Below, piece after piece: positions 15,030-28,149 of a stretch of DNA of 64,000 nucleotides. Source of the DNA: Octopus vulgaris (Eukaryota). Both the position numbers and the translations under genes were made by a program. How positions within the stretch are numbered: the stretch's first letter is position 1; each line of letters opens with the position of its first letter. The stretch is taken from contig OX597814.1 of the NCBI GenBank assembly GCA_951406725.2, positions 102,672,001-102,736,000 of the forward strand, read 5' to 3'. The notes under the pieces were generated by a model that was given only the letters and a program-made list of their open reading frames with translations, ran no database searches and was not told where the DNA came from.

Positions 15030-15555
15030 AGATTTGACTACTATTTCTAGCTATGAAAGAAAAATGTCTATAATTTGTTCGAGATTTGGCTGCTATTTCT
15101 AGCTATGGAAGAGAGATGACTATCAATTTTGCAGGATTTGGCTACTATTTCTAGCTATGGAAATTACCTTCTGCATTTTCCATCGTTGCCAATTTAGTTT
15201 GTTGTGTGTTTTATTTTGAGAAATGGGTAATTTGAAATAAAATTTTCTGAAAGTACGTTTCAGATGGTGGAGATAAGGATTATGTATGAATTTGTGAAAA
15301 GAAAAGTACAACTGAATGGAGGTTGTGGATAATTTATACACGTCGACTTTATTTCCTCGTACTTCTAGTTTTAAAATTATGCTGAAAAATAAGGCAGAGT
15401 CGGATTAGCTAATCCCCATACATTGGATATCATTTGTTTTGAATGGGATTTTTTCAAATTATCTTCACCACGAATTTAAAATGATGGGGAGGGGGAGGGG
15501 CTTTTATGAAAAATTTATAAAAATCTGATTCCCACCCGCTTTTAAGACACCAAAC
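15030..15555 (+). repeat. Diverged copy of sequence at 2735-3270 (putative ZNF intron 1)
   Basis: Shared colinear blocks: GATTTGGCTGCTATTTCTAGCTATGGA, AAAATTTTCTGAAAGTACGT, GATAAGGATTATGTA, GAATGGAGGTT.TGGATAATTTATA, TTTTCAAATTA.CTTCACCAC, AAAATCTGATT.CCACC. Confidence 0.75.
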
Positions 15556-16879
15556 ATGATTGCAATTCCTGGGTAGAATGTAGTCTACTGATGTGAAAGG
15601 ATGAAAGTAAATGGATGATTTTGTTTGTTTAGATCTTTGTTGTTGAGTAGTCATCTTAGAGTGCTTTTTAATGTATTTCTTTGTTAATTATTGATTTACC
15701 CCTTGTGTTAATGTTTAGTTGTGTAGAAACGTATGCTACAATAGTGAAAAATTAATGTAGTTTGTATTTGCATTTGAGATAAATATTTACAGATGCTTGG
15801 AGATAAAATATATGTTAGTGCAGAACTCTTTGCTTTGAGGAAGAATTTTTTAGTTTAAAAGCGAAGGGTGCTTGATTTTTGCAACATTCTGTGATAGCTT
15901 GATACATATAGTTTTGTATTTGTGGCCGTTAGTTTTTAACAGAGACATACGAGTGAAAAGTCAAAAGTGTGTGTGTAAATTCTGAGTGCTCAATGAATTT
16001 AATAAAATCACTAGATGCATGTGTACGTGCATATATATTCAATAGAATGACTGGAGAAATTTACACTGTGCTCACGAAAAATTGTTTTTCCACAGATTAT
16101 TGCAGGTACTATGGGGTCAAATTTAATCTTGTTGATTTCATATTGCAGATTTCGCAAGAATTAGAAATTAAAAATTAGAGATGTTTGAGTTGAATTGGTT
16201 TCTGTTTCTTCAACTTTCGTTTTAAATTAGGAAACTAATTTTGCTGAGGGCGGACACAAACGAGAATGAATGTTGAGCTAGAGAGAAAGGTGTATTGTGT
16301 CGCATATATGGAGTAAACTTAATGTGTAATGAGAACTCTTGCGACCATCAAAGAAATGAATCCAATGTTGGCATCGCTGGTTATACTTTCTATGTCAGAT
16401 TGACACATTTCTCACCATAGCATGCAATACATAGTAAGATTTTCTCCCCTTCATAAAGGGTAAAGATTAACCTATGAATACCAATGTTATGGGTAAATAT
16501 GAAGATGAATATGAATATATAAAATATAATATACTTCAACCATGTACTCTATGTATACATACATACATATGCACGGGCATGCGTATATTTTTAAACAGGC
16601 ACAAATTTTCAATTTCCTTGTCGCACACATTTCGCTTTTGCTGTACACAGTGCAGCACTGTTAATGAAAGGTTTTGAAAAATGAGATTAATAGAAAGGGT
16701 CAATTTGATAAAACATGGAGACACAGGACTAGGGACTGGCGTGTTACAACTGAGTTAAAATGACATAACATTAACATCATAAAACATTGGTTTATGCCAT
16801 AACATTAGAAAAGGTCAAAAGACTCCATTTGTATAAAGTTACAGGCATTGTTATACCGAAACACTATTTGGGACCACAA

Positions 16880-17205
16880 AACCATAATCCAAACTAAATC
16901 ACTGACCCCAATCTGAAAATAGAAACCTAACAACCAATAATGAATCCTAACTTGTAAGCCCTAAACCTTAACTCTCACACAAAACACCAACCTGAACCCT
17001 AATCTCTGGTTAAGCCATGACCACAAACACTTAACTCCCGGCCCAAAGCCAGGGCTCTAAATCTAATCATTTTTAATCTACACTCCCCTCAACAATAAGT
17101 GTCTAACCCCTATTACCATACAACCTAACTATTTACTGTAAATCCTTTCACTAATCCCCAAGCTAACCCTACTATAGTCTAAACCCCAATCCTAACAGCA
17201 AACCC
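16880..17205. repeat. Highly degenerate (CCCTAA)n-like tract
   Basis: Scattered CCCTAA/CCTAAC/CTAACC words with strong C-over-G skew; a shorter TTAGGG-like patch also at 14924-14966. Confidence 0.45.
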
Positions 17206-17212
17206 ACAACAA

Positions 17213-17641
17213 AATAATAATAATAATAATAATGAAATTATTGTATACAGTACTCAGGTGCACCACAACTTGTCAAAAGTGCATATAAAGCATATGCAGT
17301 AATGTACAAATGTCTGGAAAGGGAACAGTGTATGAGTCAGATACATGCTTGTGTGTGTATGGATGGGAGAAAATCAGGTGTAGTGTTGGCGAATCTCAGG
17401 AAGCATGGAAGTTTTGAAGCATGCAGTGCTCCGACAACTAACAACAGATGCCGGCAGTTTGTTCCGTGCTTCAGCAACTCTTAGCGTGAAAAAATGTTTC
17501 CGAAGGTCAAGGGAGCTGTGCTGTTTTCTGACTTTGTAAACATGTCCATGGGTGTTAGACAGGTGAAGTTTGAAAAGGTGCTCAGAGTTATTGTTAGTAA
17601 GATGGTTAATAATTTTATGGGCGTCTGCCAAGTCAGCCGCC
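17213..17641 (-). mobile_element. CR1/L2-group LINE 3' fragment (same family as 1465-2311)
   Basis: AADLADAHKIINHLTNNNSEHLFKLHLSNTHGH on - strand; (TAA)n tail at 17213-17233. Confidence 0.88.
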
Positions 17642-18436
17642 AGAATAAGAAAAACCACTTGCTTTTGGTCATTTGTTAGCTGTAATTTCAGATATGATAT
17701 GCAAACAACGAGCAAAATATTAACCAACAACATTTCAAAGCTAAGTAACCATTGAAAATCTCTTGTTTAAAAGATATAGTTGTCCTTCCATTTACACAGT
17801 ACACTACTTCCAAAAATCATGTGAAATAAAATAGGTTTTTATGAATTAATTATTGGAATGAAATAAGAAATACAATTCACATTTGTCTGTGTGTCATCAT
17901 CATTTAACATCACTCTTCCATACTTGCATAAACTGGACTCTTTGACAGGATCTGAACTGAAGAACTGCACTGTGCTACGTGTTTTGACATGGTTCCTCTG
18001 TGAATGGGCATTTTTTGAAACATTAGCATTTGCAAAGTCACCAAGTACTTGACAAGATAATGGAAAATCCCTTCAACTGAGTAGGTTGTTAGTAGTGAGG
18101 AAGGTGGCTTTAGGCTCGACTGAAGTATGATATGGTTTTAAAATATTGAAGATTCGGCGATTGCACTGGGACTCGTTTCTTCTTTGCTTCTTATGAGTGT
18201 TTTAACAATTCTTTCTATTAAGCTATTTTGCATTTTCTATCGAATACTGTCCAGTTTGAAGTGGATTTTTTTACAGTAAAGTTTCTTTTCCAGGGAAATG
18301 AAACATGTCCCTGGAACATTTCAAATTCAAAATTATATCATAAAATAAATGGAAAAATTGGAACAAGTGTTATTTCTATATTTTTAAAACAATCAATGAG
18401 AAAAACAATTAGCAAACCTGTGAAAGTGAAAAACTA

Positions 18437-18768
18437 TCAAATACATGCTTGCATGTGTATGGAGGGGAGAAAATCAGGTGTAGTGTTGGCGAATCTTAGG
18501 AAGCATGGAAGTTTTGAAGGATGCAGTGCTCCGACAACTAACAACTGATGCTGGCAGTTTGTTCCATACTTTAGCAACTCTTAGTGTGAAAAAATGTTTC
18601 TGAAAGTCATGGGAGCTGTGTTGTTTTCTGACTTTGTAAACATGTCCACGGGTGTTAGATAGGTGGAGTTTGAAAAGGTGCTCAGAGTTATTGTTAGTAA
18701 GATGGTTAATAATTTTATGGGTGTCTGCCAAGTCAGCTGCCAAACGTTGGAGCTTCAATGTATCCATG
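18437..18768 (-). mobile_element. CR1/L2-group LINE 3' fragment (third copy)
   Basis: MDTLKLQRLAADLADTHKIINHLTNNNSEHLFKLHLSNTRGH..MLPKIRQHYT on - strand. Confidence 0.88.
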
Positions 18769-19289
18769 TTCAATATGATTTCATTAAAATCCACACTTCC
18801 CATCAAATACTGCATTCTTCCACAAAGAACGATGTACAGTGATGTTTTTTACTTTCTATAGTGTATTCTTGATACAATGCTCATACATTAATTTCAATCT
18901 GTTGACAAGGTTTTTACTCAGGATTAACTTACCATACAAACATTGATAAGAGACATAATTGCTTTCCATCCTAACCTCATAACCACTCTTAATATAATTG
19001 GTGCTGAAGTACTGCAGGCTCCATACTGGTAGATGAACAGCATTCCAGGGCTTAACATCACTTACATGACATTGGATACCCAGTATATGCACAAATTCAC
19101 CTCCTGACATATTTGCAGTAGTAGCAAGCCATTTCTATTGTGCTTTCCAACTCCATGTTTTCCAATCACATTTTAAATTTCATGATCCCTTGCCAATGCT
19201 AGCATTGAAACCAGCAAATATGATGATTTGATCAGCACAAAGAACATTGCAAATGAGCTGCTTTAATGAATGTGAGATAAAAGGCCTAG

Positions 19290-20525
19290 TTTCAACAGTG
19301 CAGATATTCACTAAGGATATCGGAATGAAATTTGGGATTAAAAAGTGCCGTATGCTTTTAATATAAAGAGGCAAAGTAGTGTCGTCTGACAGTATAGAGC
19401 TACTCAATGGTGAGAATCAAGAATATGAGACTAATGGATATAAATATCTGGAGATTTTGGAATATGACAAATCAAGGAAGATGAAATGAAGGAAAGCTTT
19501 CAGTGAAAATATCACAGAAGAATCAGATTAATTATGGGAAGTAGGCTCTGGCAAAAAACAAGATCAGGCCATGAACACATGGGCTGTTTCCTTAATGTGA
19601 TATGATGCAGGTGTTGTTAGGTGGACAAAGAACAAGCTTGAGGAAATAGACAGGAAAACCAGAAAATAGATGACAATTAACAAGTAACTACACCCCAAAA
19701 GTGATACTGACAGACAATATGTAACTAGGAACAGAGAAGGAAGAAGCCTCAGAGGAGATACATCAAACAGCAGAGTGAATCCTTGCTTACCACTGTCAGA
19801 ATTAACAATACAATAGCTACCGAAAATCTGATGCATCCCCAAACATTAAAGAAATATGTAAAAGAAAGAGTAAACAATTGGAAAATGAAATCATTGCAAT
19901 ACGTCAGAGGAATGGAAGGAAAATCCATATCAACATTGGGAGATGGCTAATAATAACTGATCTGAAAGGATGCACGGAATCACTGATATGCAGCATTTAA
20001 AATCAAGCTCTGAGGACTAATTACAGCAAGTTTCAAATGGATAAGAGTAATGAATCGCATCTTTGTAGGGTGTGTGGCAGCAGAAAGGAAACACTCTCAC
20101 ATATTGTGAGTGAGTGAAGCAAGCTAAGCCAAAAGCACGACAAAAGGAGGCAGAATAACATGGCTAAGTTTGTCCATTGGAGGCTGTGTGGAAAATACAG
20201 CCTGAACAGAGCACAGAAATGGTACGAAAATAAAGCAGAATGAGTCACCGAGAACAAGGAATATAAGATACTGTGGCATTTTACAATCCAATGAGACTCC
20301 GTAATCAAGGCTTGGAGACCAAATATTGCTGTGGCAGATAAAAGTAAAAAGGACACCAAGATTATAGACATTGCAAATGGGAATGAACACATGAATGAGA
20401 AAGTACGAGAAGTGATTGAAAAGTAGAGACTATTAAAAGACGAAATTACAAGAATGTGGATCATGAGGAGGGTGTCTATCATTGCAGTAGTTGTAGGGGT
20501 ACATGGAGCACTAACAACCAAATAG
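19290..20525 (+). mobile_element. R4/Dong-clade (RLE endonuclease) LINE remnant
   Basis: Broken frame: DIGMKFGIKKC..GYKYL; CRVCGSRKETLSHIVSE (CCHC knuckle); RQNNMAKFVHWRLC; KILWHFTIQ..RPNIAV..IIDIA (PD..D endonuclease). Confidence 0.82.
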
Positions 20526-21949
20526 AATGTTATTACTTACATTCTGGAATTTCAGAATTAGCCAAGCAAAGAAATAGATGAAATTCACAAAATCTGTTAC
20601 AACTATTATTACTATACAAGAATTTCTGGTGGCTGACAGAAGTGCAACACCTGTCACCATTGCAGTGTGATAAGATGAGAATGTACTCCACTGATGATGA
20701 CAAAATTAATCAAAACATACCTGAAACCAATCATTGCAGTGTTTACAGATGTTGAATCTAGTACGGCCTCACATATACACTCCCGCACATTATAATAATA
20801 TATTACACTGAATCAACAAGGGAAAAGCTAAGGAGAGAGCTTCTATGTGATTGCTCAACTTGCTAGAGATGACAGCCAAATTTCTCTCAAACCCCTCTTA
20901 GAAACGGAAACATTGGATGACAAGACTCTAGATTTCCTAAACAGTGAAAGAGATGGATTGGTCATAGTTGTAATGGTTACGACCTTAGGTTTGCTCACTC
21001 AGGGCTGGTCTGGAGTTATGGTCATCCACTTCATTATGCATACGACACAACATGACTAGAATTGAAGAATTTTGACAAGCTGACCCGTGGGTAGGAAGAA
21101 GGGTACCTGACTGATGCCTGAGGATTTCACTTTTTAAGACAGTAGGATGTTGTTTGAAACTAGTTTTAGCTGCTATTTCTTACAGGCCTAAAACTACATA
21201 GGGGCTCTGCAAAAACAGCATCTTCATTGCATTATTTTCCCTTTGAGTGCAAATTCACAATATCACATACGCTTCTTCACAAAATAAAGCCAAATGGTGT
21301 TTATTTAACAGGAATCCTTCGATTGTGATGTAATTTTCATTTTATCAGAAGGTGACAGACAGAAGAATCAATTCTTTCTCCTTTATTCGTTGGAGAGAAA
21401 ATGAAACAAAAAAGAAAGAAAACAGCCAAAAATGAACCAGAAATAGATGGAGACAATTGTAGTAGTGGTAGTTGTCGCAGTTGTTGAAGCAATAAGAGAA
21501 CTGAAATGGAGAAGAAATAATTCTTTGTTTTCTAAAAGAACCCTTAAAATAGACATCAGCACAATGTTTCAAGTAATTTACCTGAAAAATTGTTTAATTT
21601 TGAAAGTTGGCTGCAACTTAAGAACAAACGAAGCAGTGAGACCAAAACAAACAAAAAAAATTGTCACATTTTGATGAGGTTTTGCAAAAAAAAAATCAAA
21701 ATCCTCCTCTTCTAATCATGTCCTCGTCACTATTCTTCTTCTTTCCCATCACAGACTAGTTAGCTTTGTGATATATCTTCCAGATGTTCCAAGTTCAAAT
21801 ATGGGGCAAAGATCAATTTGCATTTTATCACTTTGGGTCAATTAATAGAAAGTACCAAGGAAGTACTTTGGACAATCAATCCAAGTGGTTCCTTTCTCAC
21901 TAAAATTGCTCGTCATGGGCCTAAATCAAGAACACCCATTAAAGGTAGC

Positions 21950-22345
21950 TTGCTGGCTGAACTATCAGAGCTTCAGCAAAAAATGACTTTCATCTTTTTC
22001 TTCAGGTTTACTATGTAGCGATATTGATATCCTCACTCTTTGAGAGACACAATAAAAATGATCTCATTTGAGATTACAACCATCTTTGGCTGGTTTGACC
22101 CTGTTGTCTCCACTGATCTCATTGGCTTTACACTCTGGCGCGAAATAAGTAGAAAGACAGACCGCGCTAGATGCCAACCAATCAGATCAGTGGACACAAC
22201 AGGGTCAAACCAGCCAAAGATGGTTGTAATCTCAAACGAGATCATTCTTATTGCGTCTCTCAAAGAGTGAGAATATCAATATCGCTACAACTACATTCTG
22301 AGTTCGAGTCTCACCGAGCTTCAGTTTACCGTTCATCTTTCAGGA
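21950..22345 (+). mobile_element. Decayed tRNA-derived SINE interrupted by a MITE
   Basis: After the MITE the sequence resumes CATTCTGAGTTCGAGTCTCACCGAG..TTCATCTTTCAGGATCGATAAAATAA (B-box and core like the SINE at 2484-2588); a decayed head lies before the MITE. Confidence 0.55.
22014..22289. mobile_element. 276-bp MITE with ~110-bp TIRs, TGT..ACA ends and 4-bp TSD
   Basis: Starts TGTAGCGATATTGATAT, ends ATATCAATATCGCTACA; flanked by ACTA at 22010-22013 and 22290-22293. Confidence 0.9.
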
Positions 22346-23102
22346 TCGATAAAATAAATATCACTTGAGCATGTAATTGTCATATCTGCTCCTTTAAAAA
22401 GTACTGTGCCAAAGTCTGAAACTATTAATATAATAGCTGTCAGCTGGGGAAACCACGCTTGACCTCGGCTCCAAATTTTGTTTTCGAAAATCGTCAGTTT
22501 TCTCTGGAAAATAGCTGTACTTTCTTGTCATTGTCAACCAGGTTGGAGAATAAGGGATCCTTCTCCTGCTGGTGAGTTCCTTTTGTTGAAAGTCCCCCTA
22601 TTTGGGAGGGGGGGAGACATCAAGGTTATCTAATTTTTTTTTCCACTTGGAAAAATTTAGAAGTTTTGCTCAATGACAGCAACATAGTTTCGAGGGAGTT
22701 TCAGTCGTCAATGAGAGAGGGGGAGAGAGAGAGAAGAGGGTCTTATTACAGAAATGGGAGAGGCTGACAGCTCTTCGCCTGTTGGCATGACTACTAGACA
22801 GGCAAGCAAGCCAAACAAGGTGACCATCTCCATCATAAACAACTTTGACACCACCGCTACCATCACCTCTGCCACAACCATTAAAAACAGTAGCAACAGG
22901 GAGACAAAAATAAGCAGTAGAGCAACAATAGAAATGATTTTCCCTTGTTAGCAAGTAGTTCGGCTACGAGAGCCAACGATATGACCACCACCACAAACAA
23001 CAGCATCACTTTGGCTCTGGCTAACACCAGCGAGAGGAACAGGACCAGCAGCAAAAATGATAGAATAACAACAACGATAGAAACAACTTCTTTGCAGGAG
23101 TA

Positions 23103-23405
23103 ACACAGGATCTTTGCATTATTACTTTCGATGATACCTTCGGGGTTTATGCTCGTACCATATTTTTGCTCTGTCAAGTCTATGCTTGTTGGACAATCCT
23201 TGCTATATTGTCACGTCTCATTCTTTCCGGGCTAGTGGCGTACATTGACTGGTAATATGCCATAAGCTTTCACCATTTTGTTCACAAATTCTGCAATTAT
23301 CACTTTCTAAAATGTTGTAATTGGTTCTTAATGCTTGCTCTTGTGCAGCACAGATTAGGATGTCAGTTTCCAGTTTTAAATCACTTTGTCATTCACAACC
23401 AAATT
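23103..23405 (-). repeat. R4/Dong LINE piece, near-identical copy of 26840-27139
   Basis: ACACAGGATCTTTGCATTATTACTTTCG...TTTGTCATTCACA.CCAAATT present at both loci with only a few differences. Confidence 0.9.
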
Positions 23406-23419
23406 GAGGGGGTGGGGGT

Positions 23420-25995
23420 AGGAAAACCAAGCTTGCTAACCCTTCAGATTTGATGAAGAAGACGGTCAGAAGGACCATCAAATAGAAATGTGTGTCGCTA
23501 AAGATGAGGAAAATTTTCAATGCACCACACATTTAAGAACATTTGAACCGATGTTGATTTCCTCACACGAAGACAATATGGTTCTGTGAAAGTGAGGTTC
23601 CTCACAGAGGCACTCGTACCAAAACGCTCAATGGTCCAGTGCAAATACAAGTATCGTCTTCTCTTCCCCACACTCCTTGAACAGTGGGTGGTGAAGCTTA
23701 AAATATCAGACATGCTACTAGAATTAGACATTTGGTGATGGGTTAGGTGCACTGAGGTCGAAGGACCAGATTCATTTCTAGAAATCAAAAAATATCGCAA
23801 GAAGAGTGGTGCAGGATCAGGTTGGAGATTTTAATCCAATAAAACCAGAATCTCTGGACAAGGTCCTCAACCTTATTGAGCTGCTCAACAAGCAAAACTC
23901 CAGGTCATGGTGGAAGGCAGAAACACATGGGTCTAACACATTTGAAGGCCCTCTACCTACAACAAAATGAATCTAGAGGAACGGCGGCTCTGTTACCACT
24001 ACACCCACCATAAGAAGGCCAAAAGCTGCAACAACAGCCACTGAAGCACCATCTTCAACAGTAGAATCCCACCACCAACAACTGTAGCGATGGAAACAAA
24101 CAACGTCCAACCATTTTTCCAGACGGTCAACTCATGTGCCATGTACTCGCAACACTGGCAATTAAGAAGACTTATCATGCGGCTAGGAGGAATTGAATCC
24201 GTCAAGAAGCCTTGTGTTGGGGAAAAGCAGAAAAATAGGCCGTCCTAATCTGAAAGTGAAAAGATAGGACAAGGAAACTTCACCGAATCCATCAGCTACA
24301 CTAACAACACCGACACACTTACCCAAATCCCAACAACAAAAGCAATGCACACTCATTCAACTACAACAGGCACCAAAATCCGAAACAAATACACGAAGAG
24401 AAACAACAATCACAAGAACAACCCTTACAACTGACCACAGTAGCCAAAAGCCTCATCAACTTCACAGTCGTTTGCAAGAGCAACAGCAAGCTGATACAGG
24501 AAGTAGTGAACAACACGAATATTCATACAAAAGGAGTAAGGTTCACCGAACTTCTGTTGAAAATTCCCCATGACAACTTATAAAAACTGACACAAGCACA
24601 TAACTAGACCTTAAAAAAAATAACCAAAAGACATTGGGCTCTTTAGACTAAAGCCGGTCAAAAGGACTTTGGGAAGGCCCTTTATTAATGATAATACTCA
24701 AACAAGGCAACTGAATCAGCCGAGCTTCTCAAAAATCCAAGATCAGTGACCTTCTTCCATTTGTTTCTCTGATAAACGTGGTCATTTTCAGAGTGGCTTG
24801 TGTGAATGTATATGGCATGGAGTCAGCTTGGAATCAAGGTCACTTGCCAACGACCTCAGGTTTAGATGTGGTTGCAATTAGCAAGACAAGGATTTCTAAT
24901 GTGCAAGGACTAGGAGATATTCTCCTCAAGTGGTCTGCCAGGAGCGGGTGGCATTGTAGCAGTGCTATTCTGAAAATACGTCTCAAAGTAAAGACCACAT
25001 TCTTGGACCCGGGTGGCAGGGTGGTGCTTCTAGATGTGAAGGATATCAAAGTTAGCATCCTTAGACTGGTGCTCGTTTATACCCTGACAGAGGCTGAAAT
25101 GCCAGAATTCTTCATGCGTCCAGAAACATTTCTGGGAAAGTCTCACAGTTTAGTACTAGTAGGGGACTAGAAAGGGATCTTGGATGCACGGAAGGAATAT
25201 TTGGAGCTAGTACACACAAGAAGGGGGTGCAAAAGCTTCGAAAACCTACTCAGAAACTTCCAATTATCTGATAGATATCAACTGGAATTCCCTGATGTGG
25301 CAGTGTGGATATGGAGCAACCACAATTGGTCATCCAGACTGTATCTAGAGTATTTGTTAGTTCAGTGGAGAGGTACAGTGTGGGTTTTCTACAATTTAAA
25401 TTGGTCTGCTAAACAGGCCACAAATTTGTGATCTGTACAATCACGTTAGATAGGACACGTAGACAGGGACACAGTTAATGGACGTTAAACGCATTCTTTC
25501 CGGCACGCAGAGACTACAGAGAACGGATTAGAGAACTAGTTAAGTGGCAATTAACAGGGGCAATCGTGAACAACCAGTGGTGGGCTGCCTTGAAGAATGT
25601 GATTAGAGCAGAATTGATAGCATTTAGCAATGGAGAGAAATAGATTAGGGGGTGAATTAGTTTGCAAATTAGAAGAAGCGATTAGAAATGGCATCGCGAC
25701 CGATGTGTTAGCAGTGAGAATGACCCTTGACCATTTCTTCAAAACGAAACCCAAACGTTGCATTGTCGGAGCTAAGATCCATGAGCTCAAACATGAAGGA
25801 ACTAAAGCTATCCGATGGGCCCCGAATGGTGGGAAGAAAACAGCAATCACATATTTAATGGACCCAGATGTGCACATGCTACTCAGCTCAGAGCAGATGT
25901 ATGTAGCTTTTCAGCAGCATTTAACGTAGCTGTTTGTGGAGGTTGATGGGTCGATGATGATAGTGGAATTTAGTCCGTACCCAGACAGCGTTGAT
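23420..25995 (+). mobile_element. L1/Tx1-clade LINE 5' half (ORF1-like region and APE endonuclease), degenerate
   Basis: From 24778: RVACVNVYG..DVVAISKTR..LDPGGRVVLLDV..LRLVLVY..LVLVGD*KGILD (APE motifs). ORF1 assignment of 23420-24600 is weaker. Confidence 0.65.
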
Positions 25996-25999
25996 ACTT

Positions 26000-28140
26000 C
26001 CTTTTTAAATATTTTGGGAGACATTCACCGTCCAAGTACCAATCTCAAAATCCTAGCTGTTCCCTTTTGGGCTTGCTCTGCACTCATGTCAATTCTGATT
26101 TCTCTCACATATTTCTTGAATTGGTTGTTAGTGCTCCGAGTGTCCCCTACAACTAATGGGATCACAGACACTCTCCCCATAGTCCATCTTCTTGCACTTT
26201 TGTCTCTTAGTGATCTTTACTTTTCAATCTTTGCTACTTCAGTGCGTCCCCAGGTATTGCAATATCTATAATCTCGATCTCCTTCTTTTCTTTATTACTA
26301 TTACAATATCTTGTCTCTCAGCATCGATTAGGGAGCCACATTGTATTGTAAAATCACACAGTATCACGTATTACCTGTTCTCGAGGACTCACTATTATTA
26401 TTTGTCTTTGCACAGCTTCCAACACTGGAGATGTACTACAGTGTCAGCTGTTCACTACCAGTAAACTAAGGTAACACCCCTTATTTTTCAAGCACCATCC
26501 AAAGTTATTTGAGCGGTTTCAAGCAGTTGTATTTTCTGTGAAAGAACCACACTTATTGTAGCCCCTATTTGTTCCATGTACTCCAAGATTTTTACTGTTC
26601 CCAGGGCTCTGCCAATTATTGGTATTACCATAACCTTTTTTAGCAACCACAACTGCTTAACCTCCCAAGCTAAACTGTTATATCTATCAACTTTCCTTTC
26701 TTCCTTATCGCATACCTTGTAAGCTGGCCATGCTGTATCTATCTATATCTATGATCCTGCACAGTTTGCTTTCTTTCTCAATTAACACTATGTCTGGTTT
26801 CGTATTCTCTATCTCATGGTCACACAGAATCATAAATTCACACAGGATCTTTGCATTATTACTTTCGATGATACCTTCGGGGTTTATGCTCGTACCATAT
26901 TTTTGCTCTGTCAAGTCCATGCTTGGACAATCCTTGCTATATTGTCACGTCTCATTCTTTCCGGGCTAGTGGCGTACATTGGCTGGTAATATGCCATAAG
27001 CTTTCACCATTTTGTTCACAAATTCTGCAATTATCACTTTCTAAAATGTTGTAATTGGTTCTTAATGCTTGCTCTTGTGCAGCACAGATTAGGATGTCAG
27101 TTTCCAGTTTTAAATCACTTTGTCATTCACAGCCAAATTTTTTCTCTGTTCGTCTTATCTTCAATATCCCTATGAAATTGTCTACGCATTGTTTTCTTTA
27201 TCCACCTATTTTCAGTTTCAATCACACCCGAGCGCTTATTATCATTATTTTATTGTCTTTGCAGAACTTCAAATGCTCGAGATGTATTATGGTGTCAGCT
27301 GTGTGTGCCTTATGTATGGGCTGTGGTTTGTTGTGGTGCTCTTATATTTACTGTATTGAAATTGTTTCATGTAGGATGTGTGTGTTGTCTAGTAGTACTA
27401 TTTTCTCCATGTTATATAGACTTGTTAGACCAGGTGTTTTGGTTATGTATTTATCTGAACGTTTTTTTATATCATACCTAATACGCCAACTATTAAAGGA
27501 ATTATTTCTGTTTTTAGGATACACATTCAAGGCAACTCAATTTCCAGATATTATTTTCGCCTCCATTTCTTGCAGAAGATCTTCCCAACACATAGGACAG
27601 GGAAACACACTGTATACATTGGAAGGCCATTAAAATAAACACATCAGATTGTTCTTTTACAAAGTCGAGTGACAGAGAAAGAAGGGAAGAAAGACAGAAA
27701 AAAAATTTTTTTAATTAAAAAGTGAAACAAAGAAACTAAATAGAAAAAAGGAAAGAAAATTCACAGCGACAATGCACTTTTCAGTGTGACCAGTTAGCAA
27801 TTAAGACAACCTTATGCACTTCCTGCATGGATGGTAATCCAGGGATCATTCTTTTATAAATTTCAGTTCCTTTTTTTGATCATTCCAAGTGCTCCTACAA
27901 TCACTGGTATTGTAACCATCTTGTGATGCCACATCTTTTCGATTTCTATTAGCAAATCTTTATATTTTCTAATCTCATCAAAACCTTTTGCAGAGATATT
28001 ATGGTCACTGCATATGCGCATGTCAATCAATAAACAGACTTTATTGTTTTGGTCTTTCACAACAAAATCTGGTTGATTTGCTTTGGTCTGGTCTGTACAC
28101 ACTGGAAAATCTCAAAGAATCGTTACATTTTCTCCCTCAG
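26000..28140 (-). mobile_element. Cluster of several R4/Dong LINE 3' fragments
   Basis: KILCEFMILCDHEIENTKPDIVLIEK..CRIIDI (26705-26920); NQPDFVV..CLLIDM..KYKDLLIEIEKMW..IPVIVGALG (27863-28102); similar pieces at ~26100-26460 and ~27240-27480. Confidence 0.8.
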
Positions 28141-28149
28141 TTACAGCCT

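Noticed and set aside
20688-20740. CTGATGA...GAAA hammerhead-like core
   Set aside because: No convincing stem II or flanking stems.
22033-22270. Two nearly identical ORFs on opposite strands
   Set aside because: Direct consequence of the MITE's inverted repeats.
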